The notes under the pieces are model-generated. The model saw only the letters and a list, made by a program, of their open reading frames with translations, ran no database searches and was not told the DNA's origin. Below are positions 39,773 to 51,578 of a DNA stretch of 64,000 nt, one piece after another. Position 1 is the first letter of the stretch; every line of letters begins with the position of its first letter. Origin of the DNA: Paragordius varius (taxonomy: Eukaryota; Animalia; Nematomorpha); assembly GCA_964247055.1 (NCBI GenBank), contig OZ176053.1, forward strand, positions 9,362,001 to 9,426,000, written 5' to 3'. A program made the position numbers and the translations under genes.

Positions 39773-42700
39773 TCTATATATTTATAAAAATGGAAAATGC
39801 TGGCTTTGTGATCTGGTACAGGAAAACCGGTAGACCCAATCAAATCCAAATATCGAAAAAATATAATCATTAATAAATGTCCCGACAATAGCTTCGCCCT
39901 TTTTTTGAAATAGGCTCCCAGTTCGGGCCCACCCCGTATGAAAAACGGGTTTTTTTTGAAAAAAGAAGTCCACAAAATCGTGTTTTTGAGACAATTTTCC
40001 GGAGAACGTGTTGGACCATTCAATTTCAAATATAATTTTTGTTTACTTATTTTCGATTGCGCCGAACATAGTCGAGCCACTTTTTTGATTTAGGCCCTCT
40101 TTTTACCCGCTCCCCCCGTAAAATGCCATTTTTTTCAAAAAACAAAGTCCACAAAAATAATTTTTTAAATCGATTTTTCGTCCTAGGTATGAGACCTTAA
40201 AAATTCAATAAAGATTCCACGTATTCCCTGTTAAAAGGCAAAAATTTTAGTCCACCGTTTATTTGATGATAGCTGCTGGGTAAGGAGCTACCCGCTAAAA
40301 ACTGATTTTTCATATAACTTTGTGAACTGTTTCCGGAAAACCGGTGATCCCAATCAAATCCAAATATCGAAAAAATATAATCATTAATGAATGCCCCGAC
40401 AATAGCTTCGCCCTTTTTTGGAATTAGGTCCCCAGTTCGGGCCCACCCCGTGTGAAAATTGGGTTAAGTCAATTTTTTGGAGAACGTGTTGGACCATTCA
40501 ATTTCAAATATGAATTTTGTTTACTTATTTTTGATCGCGCTGAACATAGTCGAGTCACTTTTTTGATTTAGGCCCTCTTTTTACCCGCTACCCCCGTAAA
40601 ATGCCATTTTTTTCAAAAAACAAAGTCCACAAAAATAATTTTTTAAATCGATTTTTCGTCCTAGGTACGAGACTGTAAAAATTCGAGAAAGATTTTTCGT
40701 ATTGCCTGTTAAAAGGCAAAAATTTTAGTCAAGCGTTTCTTTGATGATAGATGCTGAGTAAGGAGTATCTATCATATGCATAGCATGTTAAAAGATATAT
40801 GGATATTAATACATTATTTATCCTCATCTATATATTTATAAAAATGGAAAATGCTGGCTTTGTGATCTGGTACAGGAAAACCGGTAGACCCAATCAAATC
40901 CAAATATCGAAAAAATATAATCATTAATAAATGTCCCGACAATAGCTTCGCCCTTTTTTTGAAATAGGCTCCCAGTTCGGGCCCACCCCGTATGAAAAAC
41001 GGGTTTTTTTTGAAAAAAGAAGTCCACAAAATCGTGTTTTTGAGACAATTTGCCGGAGAACGTGTTGGACCATTCAATTTCAAATATAATTTTTGTTTAC
41101 TTATTTTCGATTGCGCCGAACATAGTCGAGCCACTTTTTTGATTTAGGCCCTCTTTTTACCCGCTCCCCCCGTAAAATGCCATTTTTTTCAAAAAACAAA
41201 GTCCACAAAAATAATTTTTTAAATCGATTTTTCGTCCTAGGTATGAGACCTTAAAAATTCAATAAAGATTCCACGTATTCCCTGTTAAAAGGCAAAAATT
41301 TTAGTCCACCGTTTATTTGATGATAGCTGCTGGGTAAGGAGCTACCCGCTAAAAACTGATTTTTCATATAACTTTGTGAACTGTTTCCGGAAAACCGGTG
41401 ATCCCAATCAAATCCAAATATCGAAAAAATATAATCATTAATGAATGCCCCGACAATAGCTTCGCCCTTTTTTGGAATTAGGTCCCCAGTTCGGGCCCAC
41501 CCCGTGTGAAAATTGGGTTAAGTCAATTTTTTGGAGAACGTGTTGGACCATTCAATTTCAAATATGAATTTTGTTTACTTATTTTCGATCGCGCTGAACA
41601 TAGTCGAGTCACTTTTTTGATTTAGGCCCTCTTTTTACCCGCTACCCCCGTAAAATGCCATTTTTTTCAAAAAACAAAGTCCACAAAAATAATTTTTTAA
41701 ATCGATTTTTCGTCCTAGGTATGAGACTGTAAAAATTCGAGAAAGATTTTTCGTATTGCCTGTTAAAAGGCAAAAATTTTAGTCAAGCGTTTCTTTGATG
41801 ATAGATGCTGAGTAAGGAGTATCTATCATATGCATAGCATGTTAAAAGATATATGGATATTAATACATTATTTATCCTCATCTATATATTTATAAAAATG
41901 GAAAATGCTGGCTTTGTGATCTGGTACAGGAAAACCGGTAGACCCAATCAAATCCAAATATCGAAAAAATATAATCATTAATAAATGTCCCGACAATAGC
42001 TTCGCCCTTTTTTTGAAATAGGCTCCCAGTTCGGGCCCACCCCGTATGAAAAACGGGTTTTTTTTGAAAAAAGAAGTCCACAAAATCGTGTTTTTGAGAC
42101 AATTTGCCGGAGAACGTGTTGGACCATTCAATTTCAAATATAATTTTTGTTTACTTATTTTCGATTGCGCCGAACATAGTCGAGCCACTTTTTTGATTTA
42201 GGCCCTCTTTTTACCCGCTCCCCCCGTAAAATGCCATTTTTTTCAAAAAACAAAGTCCACAAAAATAATTTTTTAAATCGATTTTTCGTCCTAGGTATGA
42301 GACCTTAAAAATTCAATAAAGATTCCACGTATTCCCTGTTAAAAGGCAAAAATTTTAGTCCACCGTTTATTTGATGATAGCTGCTGGGTAAGGAGCTACC
42401 CGCTAAAAACTGATTTTTCATATAACTTTGTGAACTGTTTCCGGAAAACCGGTGATCCCAATCAAATCCAAATATCGAAAAAATATAATCATTAATGAAT
42501 GCCCCGACAATAGCTTCGCCCTTTTTTGGAATTAGGTCCCCAGTTCGGGCCCACCCCGTGTGAAAATTGGGTTAAGTCAATTTTTTGGAGAACGTGTTGG
42601 ACCATTCAATTTCAAATATGAATTTTGTTTACTTATTTTCGATCGCGCTGAACATAGTCGAGTCACTTTTTTGATTTAGGCCCTCTTTTTACCCGCTACC

Positions 42701-42957
42701 CCCGTAAAATGCCATTTTTATCAAAAAAAACAAAGTCCACAAAAATAATTTTTTAAATCTATTTCTCCCCCAAGTAAACAATAAATTAGTATGAATGCAC
42801 CGTTTTAAGATTCCTATGAAATCATAGCTATTAAATATTTTTTCGAAATAATCCACATATGTAGATCATTTTATTGTCCCTTTTTTCAAATAACCCCCTC
42901 CCCCCAGAAGTCCGAAGGACTTCCTCGGGCTGCGTAGCAGCACGAGATTTACGCTAG
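39773..42957 (+). mobile_element. Head-to-tail array of a non-autonomous Helitron (1054-bp period, three 5' termini, one 3' terminus)
   Basis: A|TCTATATATTTATAAAAATGG at 39773, 40827 and 41881. Hairpin CTCG-G-GCTGC-GTA-GCAGC-A-CGAG (42924-42946), then CTAG|T (42954-42958). Each unit holds a ~514-bp internal duplication. Confidence 0.85.
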
Positions 42958-44287
42958 TTAATTTATAATTGATGTGTTGTATAGTAGTATTAACGATTTG
43001 TATCTGAATTTTTTGCAAACAAGTTTGATATACAATTTAAAAAAGTTTTTGGCAGTACTGCAACATTCGTAGACATTTACGTTAAAAATCGCTCTGAGGT
43101 AGATAACTGATAATGTTAATAATATAAAGCGTTGTTATTTGGAAGCATGATTAAAACGGTATAAAAACGCTTTAAGATCACAAAAAGATTTTCTGTATTT
43201 GATTCCACCTGCTAAATTTTCCTATCACTTCTTCATACTTCTGTTTATATGAGTTAGACTTAAATTGAGGTTACAAATAATTCATATAAAACCTTCAATA
43301 CTTTTTTATATTTTTGCAGAATATTGTATTTGGGAGAAATCTTTTAGCATAGTGTTTATATTCATAAATAAACCTGTCTTATACAGTTTTTTGGTTAAAA
43401 TTTCTTAACCCTTCTCCTGTTTAAAAAGTACAGATTTTTTACATGCGTATTAGGTGTAAAATTGGGATGACCACAGGCCTCTTATCAAAAAAATGAAAAA
43501 ATATGTAATAAATCATAATTATTGCAAAGGTTAGCAATTGTATAACATTAATGCACCGGAATTTGGAAAAAATCTTATGAAAAATTAGATATTATTTTTT
43601 TTATGGAAAAACCTGAAGGTAAAAATCTAGACAACTTAGTGTTAGTGCATTAGTCAAATATCAACGATAATCATTTTTTTTCTGTTTATATTAATTTTAA
43701 ATGTGATTTATTGAAATTAACTTAATTTTACCGTTAGAATAAAAACACGAAATTTTGAAAAGAAGTAATTGACATGGAGCCTTTTCTCAAGACTAAATTT
43801 TAACTATTTTGGCCTATTTATAAAAATTTTATTGCGATTATGAATAAATTTTAATTAATAAACAATTCTAGGTTTCTTTAAACATTATTAATAAAGTCTG
43901 ATGATTATCACAATTTGAATCGAAGCATAATAAAATTAAGAAAAAATGGCGGTTAAAAAGTTTTAGATAAGTATATTTTACAATATATTTTTTTATTTGA
44001 CTTCGCCTAAAAATTATATTATATAAAATGTTTGGCCCAATATCAAAAATATTTGCTTAAAATACCCTTAGATTACAAAAATATAACAAAAAGCTATAAA
44101 ATAATAACTTAAATCCAATCGAAATTTTCAGGTAGAATGCTTGCTAGAAAGCGAATGTAGTCTTAGTGTTATAGTTGGGGTATACGCCTTGAGTATTAAT
44201 GCATTTGAATCTTTAACATTATGGTTGTTTTGAAACGAACAACTGATTATATAAATCAGATGATATCATCTTTTAACTATTTCTAAC

Positions 44288-47200
44288 ATGCTTATAATCC
44301 AGGGATTTTATTCGTTGTGCAGAAATCTTCGTCCCTTACATACTTCATCCATTTTGTTCCTTAGAAAAGGCACATTAATTGACCAAGCTAATATGAAAGA
44401 AGGTTATGTGCCTAATCTTGATCAAATTCTTGATACGAACGACGGCTATACCCATTTACCACTCCCTTATCACAAAACCGGTGGTAGAGATCTGGAAACG
44501 GGTTAGTTTATTTTTATAATTTTAAGGTCACAGAATAAATCGACGTGGTGGCGGGGGTAAGCGTTATTATGTGATTCCTGATTATAAGCGCGTTCAGTAT
44601 GGACAAGAACCATTTCATGAAAAGGTATATTTTATGTATATTGTATTTGAAAGTATTGAGACAAACAATTATTTTTATGGTGAGAATGTTCATTAATAAG
44701 TAAAATGATATAAGCTACGAGCTTAGAACATTTTAACCTAAGATTCGCTACAAGGAAGTTAATTTAACGTCTATTTTTGACATTTTGGTTTTTTCATCAA
44801 TCTCACCTTCATAATGGTCTTGCGAATATTTGCCGATGGCTGAAACAAATAAAATTATATATAAAGCCGTTTTCACAAAAAGCTGAAAATTATAGTGGAG
44901 AAACGAAAAAAATATTAAAGATGCTTTTAATCAACTATGATACAAAAATCCGACACTCATTATTCTGTCCTGATCAAATATGATGATATATAATCATTGT
45001 TCCAAAAAATTTAGATTAACTCTTTTATTAACATTTAATTCAAATATCTACCAAGATTGATAGTACCATTATTCTATTATAGGATACTTTTTAAAATATC
45101 GATGGATGTAAATTCATTTCAATCCATACTAATCATATCATTCGTCTGGCCACTTGGAATATAACATCTTTAACCAGAAGGAGTCAGGAAATAGCAGCTT
45201 TGCTCTTCTCCAAGAACATCGAAATATGTTGCGTCCAAGAAACTCGCTGGAAGAACACTGGTTCCAAAAACATTCTAGATTATAAATTATTCTGGTCTGG
45301 ATCTAATGGCCGTTCATCAGGTGTCGGAGTTTATGTCAAAAATTCCATTTTATCCAATATCATATCCATCGATTACTGTTCTGAAAGATTATTAGTATTA
45401 AAAATTCAAATCAACAAAAAATCTTTCATATTTTATCAGTATACGCCCCACAAATCAATTGTGATTCAAACTGTAAGGATTTATTCTGGTTGGCTTTATA
45501 TGAAAAAGTCACTGCTATTCCACACACTGATTTCATATTTATTGGGGGTGACCTAAACTCTCACTTTGGTAAAGAATCTTTACATTCAGTACATGGAGGT
45601 TTTGGAATGGATGATTTAAATGAAAATGGTAAAATATTATTAGATTTCGCAAGTAATAATAATTTATCCATCATTAACACCTTTTTTAAAAAAAATGATA
45701 ATAACTTGTTAACCTATATATCCGGCACAAATCGCTCGATGATTGACATAATTATGTCAAGAAAAGAAAACAAATCCCATTTTAAAAATATTAGATCTAT
45801 CCCCGCTCTAGAACTACAGCACAAACTCATTATTGCTGAATTATATAAATCTACATCAACGCAATCACCCATTGGACAAAATAAACCTAAATTTAGATAT
45901 AAAAAATTAGTCGATAATAATATCAATAATAGATTGAAACTCGACACGGAAAGTTCCCTTAAATTAAAAACAACCTCTCCGGAACAACTCTGGAATTCCT
46001 TAAAATATAGCTGCATTGAATCACTAGAGAAGAATGTTGGGAGAATGAAATCTAATAATAAAAAAGCATTTAAATGGTGGTGGCAAATATCCCTGATAGA
46101 TATAATTAAGAAAAAAAAATCTGCATTCCAAAAATGGAAAAAAGAAAAAAGTGCTGACAGCAAAATAAATTACCTCCAAACAAAGAAAGATTGCCGTAAA
46201 GCGATCAGAGCATCGATGAGAAAAATGGGTGAAGAAAAAGGGAAGGAACTAGAAAATGCCATATCTTCTCAATCTGTATATAGATGGGTAAAATATGATA
46301 ATAATATAAGGGCCGAAACAAATGCAATTAGATTACCCAATAATACCATAACCCACGACGCCCAAGTTATAAAAGCCACATGGTATAACCACTATTTTAA
46401 TATTTTTAATAAACCTATAATACCTATGGAAATCACGAACCCTCACCCAACATATTCTTCATTCCAACCATTTACTAATGATGAAATAGAATTTTGTTTA
46501 AACAATTTAAAAAGTAATAAATGCCCCGGTTTATCAGAAATCACAAATGATGTATTCAAAGCCCTAGATCATAATTTATTTTTGGACTATTTCAAAAATC
46601 TTGCGAACAACATAGCATTAAATAATATCATACCCTCTGATTGGCTGAAAAGCTACACAATTCCAATTTATAAGGGCAAAGGAGATCGTTTTAACGTTTC
46701 CAACTTCCGTCCCATACGCATCTTAGAACATGGTTTTAAAATCTTTGAAAATCTGATAGCCAACAGACTCCGTCGACACTGCACCATAGATTCTATGCAA
46801 TTTGGATTTTCAAAAAACAAGGGTACTATAGACGCAATATTTATAATCCGCCAATTACAAAATGCTCACCTGAGAAATCTTCCTCTCCACTATGCGTTTG
46901 TAGACTTGGAACAGGCTTTCGACTCAGTCCCGCAACACCTGATTGCTTGGTCGCTCAGAAGGCAAGGTATAGAGGAAAATATGATACAAATAATAGAAGC
47001 ACTATATAAGAACACCTCAACTGTAATCCGTACAAGCGTTGGCGATACGAACCCCATCCCACTTAAAAACGGCCTACACCAAGGTTCTATATTAAGCCCC
47101 CTTTTATTTATTCTAATTATGGAGGAGATCACAAAAGACATACGAAAAGGCTTACCTTTTGAACTTCTGTACGCTGATGACTTAATATTATGCGCCACAT

Positions 47201-50200
47201 CTGCACCGGAATTAATGGAAAAGTTAAATTTATGGAAGGATACCCTTAGTAAATTCGGTTTGAAGGTAAATACATCAAAGACTAAACTAATGTGCGATGA
47301 AAACAGGACAATAAAATGGCCCTGCTCCGTGTGCTCATTAAATGTAAAGTCAAACTCAATAAAATGTAACAAATGTTTAAAGTGGGTACATAAAAAATGC
47401 TCCACTTTAAAAAGTTTATATGATAATAAAAACTTTATCTGCCCCTCGTGCACTACAACAAATACATTAACCATAGAATCCCCCGAACCCTCCACTTCAT
47501 TCGAAATTGTCGACAAATTTACATATCTAGGCGATACTTTGGATGCTGGTGGTGGTATAGAATCGGCCTTATCGCATAGAATCAAAGCCGCCTGGAAAAA
47601 ATATCATAGTCTGCGCACAATAGTAAATAATAAGTACGTTTTACTCAGCTCAAAGGCAAAAATTTTTATGACGGCTATACGTCCTGCTATACTATATGGT
47701 ACGGAAACATGGCCTATGACTAAATCAAATCTACTATTACTGCAAAAGGGTGAGCAAAAGATCCTAAACGCCATTCTTTTCGCACATAACCCTAACATAT
47801 ACAATTTCCAAGCCAAATTTTGCCCCTATCAAACTCTAAAAATTAAACCAATTAATACAGCTATCCGGGAATACCGTTTGCGTTGGGCTGGTCACATCTA
47901 CAGAGCGCAAGACACAAACTGGATCAAGCTCATACAGTCTTATTCAACCAATAATAAAAACAAAAAAGGAAGACCGTATAAAACCTGGCAATCCACCATT
48001 CAAGAAGACCTAGATTCTCTTAGCATCGATATCGAACAAGCTCAAGATAGAAACAAATGGAAAACTCTAACACGCTTACCTCCTTTGAAAGGAGAAAATA
48101 GCGTATAAAGGTGATATGTAAATTCATTTATTATATGATGTTAATTAAAATCATAATCAATAATAATTTTAGGTCATCCAAATTATAAACAATTATCCAC
48201 TGTACAGTGCTAACCTTGCCCTAGTAGCCGGAGGGATGATGAAACGTTGGATAGTTGCTACGGAAAATATGAAAGTTGGTGATATTATCAAATCATCCGG
48301 TATTATTCCTAGAATTCCAGGTTTTTAATATGATAATACATAATCTTATAATTAATAAGCTATAAGTATAAATACAGAGCTAAATCATGTTTGTAAAACC
48401 CTTTTTTCATGGGTTATAGAATAGAGATAATAATCGGTAAAGAATACGATTTTTTATATTTTATTTAAACTTATAATATTTTCTCATTACAATCAATACA
48501 CTCACATTTAACAATGATTGCAGTAAATTCTAGGGAAAAAATGCATAGATCTAATATTTTAACTTTGTGAGAATGTGATTAGCCGACCAACATTTATATT
48601 CAATAATATTTTTAACAGTTCGCGCAATAGAAGGAGAGGCTCACCCCTTAGGAGCTTTACCATTAGGCACCATTATTAGCAGTGTAGAAAATCGGCCAGG
48701 TTGGGGCGCCAGTTGGGCAACGTGTGCTGGAAGCTTTTGTCAAATTCTTAGGCATTGTAAATCGCCAAACGCTAAAGGTATCATACTTATGCCCATAATT
48801 CATCATCATAAAACCGCGGGGACCTGGAAATAGGACTTTGTTGGCCACTTATGCACATAATATTTATTGTAATTGACGGAATTTTTTATTCAAAAAAGTA
48901 AGGAATCACGCATTTATAAATCAAGTTAAAGTAAATGGCAAAGGCGCGTATAAATGATTTTTGGAATTTTTTATTATGCAAAATCACGGCGGATTTTTCA
49001 ATAGTTTATGTAAGAATTATTGATTTAATTTAATATTTTATTGTACGAAATTAATCGGATTTATTTGTAAAGATAGATAAAATGTATTAATTGTTCATAG
49101 AAAATATTAAATTTTTGAGATGATCTCATCTAATTTATTTATACAATCTGATTGGTGTATTTCATAATAATATATAAATTAGACGATATGACAAAGCTCT
49201 GATCAGTATGAATTGTAATTACTTTTTTGGTTGGTTGCGAATTTTTTACGCATGAAATGATTATACTTATTTTATACAAATTTATTTGACTCAAAATTAG
49301 TTAATAAAAGCGTATTGTTAGTATGGCTCGGACTCTTATACCGTGTGTGTGCGCGAAAGTTTGGATCCCAAAACTACGCAACTCATTACTGTCAGTTACT
49401 AAGCAGGTAGTGTTAAGACTTACACGGGTCCTTATTACAATAATATCCTTACCCTTTAATAAAGGAAAAAAGCTAGGCTCTATTTGTTAAACATATAATA
49501 TCGATCACAATCATTAGATCCAAATATACAAAGCAGTCAAACGACAAATTCTGTCGACGATTACGTTGTTCTCCGACTCCCTTCTAAACTTGAAGTTTGT
49601 GTCAGTAAAAAGTGTATTGCAACTGTAGGCCGATGTTCGAATGTTGAACACAAAAATATGATCGTTGGTGGTCCTATGCAAAAGCTATATTTAGGGTACG
49701 GTATATGCATTTTCTTTTTTATATCTAAACTATAAAATGGTATATTTGAGATTTACAAAATTGTATACAATAAATATTATTTTCTAGCTAGGATCTAAAT
49801 TTTACAATATAAAGTTTTAGTGCAAAAAGTTTAAAAATATATAAATTTCTTAACACGGTTAGAACAGGTTTACAAATTTGAAAAGAAGTGTAATGAATGC
49901 ATTCATTCGCAAGTTAAATGTTGCTTAATACTAAATAAATATTTCTCTTCGATAATAATGCATACATTATTGTTAAATTTTTGAAATTATGTCCTCTTTA
50001 TTTATTGTATTATCATAAATATATCTTATCTAATACATTACATATGTGCTATTTACGATAATTAGAATATTTGTTAATTTTAAACAAACAAACTTTTACT
50101 TATGCCAAATTTAAAAAGTTTAATTTATTTAGACATCGCCCAAGAAGTGGATTATGGCATAGAAAAGATGGTACTCATGGACGAAAAATATATCCTACAC

Positions 50201-50572
50201 CCCCCATGCGAATATATGATGCACTAAATATGGCAAGTCAATTTGAGAACCCCATAAAGCGTTCAGAGTAAATTTTACATTAACATAAATGTGTATTTCT
50301 AACTTCTACTATATATAATTTTATATTTAACAAGATATTACATTGAATATGCCAAACAAGCTACTAAGGATAAAAAGGAAAAGGCAACGGAAAAAGCCAT
50401 TTTTCTTAAAAGAGTTGAACGAAAGCGAAAACATATAGCAATAAATGCATACGAACGTACAATCAAGGATCCTACCATATCCAAAAAAGATAAAATTCAA
50501 ATGTTTATGGTTACACCTAAAAAGATTAATTTAGATCCAAACAATCAAAATTTTGGTGTACTCTCGAGATAA
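44288..50572 (+). CDS. MRPL2: Mitochondrial ribosomal protein uL2m (MRPL2), 6-7 exons
   Basis: Exons 44288-44501, 44527-44624, 48173-48320, 48619-48777, 49518-49695, 50133-50267, (50335-50572), all GT-AG and phase-consistent. Spliced product contains [62 protein letters not shown]...[39 protein letters not shown]. The last exon is optional (in-frame stop at 50269-50271 if unspliced). Confidence 0.93.
45120..48115 (+). mobile_element. Near-complete RTE-clade LINE (APE-RT-PHD) in MRPL2 intron 2, sense orientation
   Basis: Exact 14-bp TSD atgtaaattcattt (45106-45119 and 48116-48129). APE ([33 protein letters not shown]), RT ([26 protein letters not shown]), Cys/His finger, [11 protein letters not shown]. 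Only one lesion seen, a 1-nt frameshift near 45430. Confidence 0.93.
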
Positions 50573-50617
50573 GCATTTAAATATTGTAAATAAATTTTTT
50601 TAATATTTGCTCTTGGT

Positions 50618-50840
50618 TTATATATACCATTTGCACTTCAAGAGTGTCCTTGAACACTTCAAGTTGGTCCTTGAACATTTCAAGTTGGTCCTTGAACAGT
50701 TCAAGTTGGTCTTTGAACAATTCAAGTTGGTCCTTGAACAATTCAAGTTGGTCCTTGAACAATTCAAGTTGGTCCTTGAACAGTTCAAGTTGTTCCTTAA
50801 ACATTTCAAGTTGGTCCTTGAACACTTCAAGTTGGTCCTT
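50618..50840 (+). repeat. 21-bp minisatellite (ccttgaacaattcaagttggt, ~9-10 units)
   Basis: Directly visible tandem units; they generate spurious heptad ORFs on both strands. Confidence 0.9.
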
Positions 50841-51261
50841 AAAATATATAAATTTTAATTTAAGCATAATTTTTGCATTTATTTTTTTATTTTATTATTA
50901 ATTTACCTATTTTCTTTATTTATTATATAATTATTCATTTAAAAATATAAATTTTTATTGAAAAACAACTTTTTTGTTTCAAACTTTTTTTTTCAATTGA
51001 ACAAAATTATTGACTTTTAAATGTTTTTAATAAAAATTTTTAATTAATAACCCAGAAAACTTATATATTTTTTCATTTCGTGTTAAAATCTCATCAATAT
51101 CTAAAATTATTTAAAAGAAATTAATAAAGTTATACGGTTTCTCAAAGATTAAATGATATCGATTTAAAATTTATGTTAAATAATAGAAAATAGGTTAAAA
51201 ACAATAAAATAGATGAATTATTTACGATTTGTTTGATAAAGTTCAAAACAAAACAAAAAGG

Positions 51262-51335
51262 TAAAAGGACCAACTTGAAGTGTTCAAGGACCAACTTGAA
51301 ATGTTCAAGGACACTCTTGAAGTGCAAATGGTATA
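51262..51335 (-). repeat. Inverted partial copy of the 21-bp minisatellite and its unique leader
   Basis: Reverse complement matches ~50622-50700 (tataccatttgcacttcaagagtgtccttgaac...). Confidence 0.85.
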
Positions 51336-51578
51336 TTCAATCATGAAATTTATTCATCCTACCTAATTTTGTTCAAATTGAACAATATATCGGTTATAAA
51401 AATTAAAACTTTTTCGATCAGTTAATTTTTTATGATTTTAGTTAATATTTTCCACATAACGTGATTTACCAAAACGACATGAAAACGAAATCAAATTTTT
51501 CCAAAAAATGATTTTATAAACAATAAAAATTTATGTAATAATTATAGTGATATAATAAATTGAGCTGCACAATGATCA

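Noticed and set aside
39769-42188. Triplicated ORFs MARLCSAQSK... and MSQKHDF...
   Set aside because: They lie antisense within non-autonomous Helitron units, run off the element end and show no protein-like features.
39773-42957. CRISPR-like or prokaryotic repeat array
   Set aside because: Units are kb-sized with no unique spacers, and the context is eukaryotic. The 20- and 21-bp arrays elsewhere also lack spacers.
45420-45495. Programmed frameshift between two RTE ORFs
   Set aside because: The shift falls inside the APE domain (before SVYAPQ) of a normally single ORF; a 1-nt deletion or sequencing error is simpler.
1848-47816. Numerous antisense ORFs overlapping gypsy, RTE and CatSper coding regions (e.g. 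2863-3189, 10816-11154, 46890-47585)
   Set aside because: Shadow frames of real coding sequence, with no independent motifs.
50577-50901. Heptad-repeat ORFs (LELFKDQ)n etc. suggesting a coiled-coil protein
   Set aside because: By-products of a stop-poor 21-bp minisatellite open in several frames on both strands; no unique flanking coding sequence.
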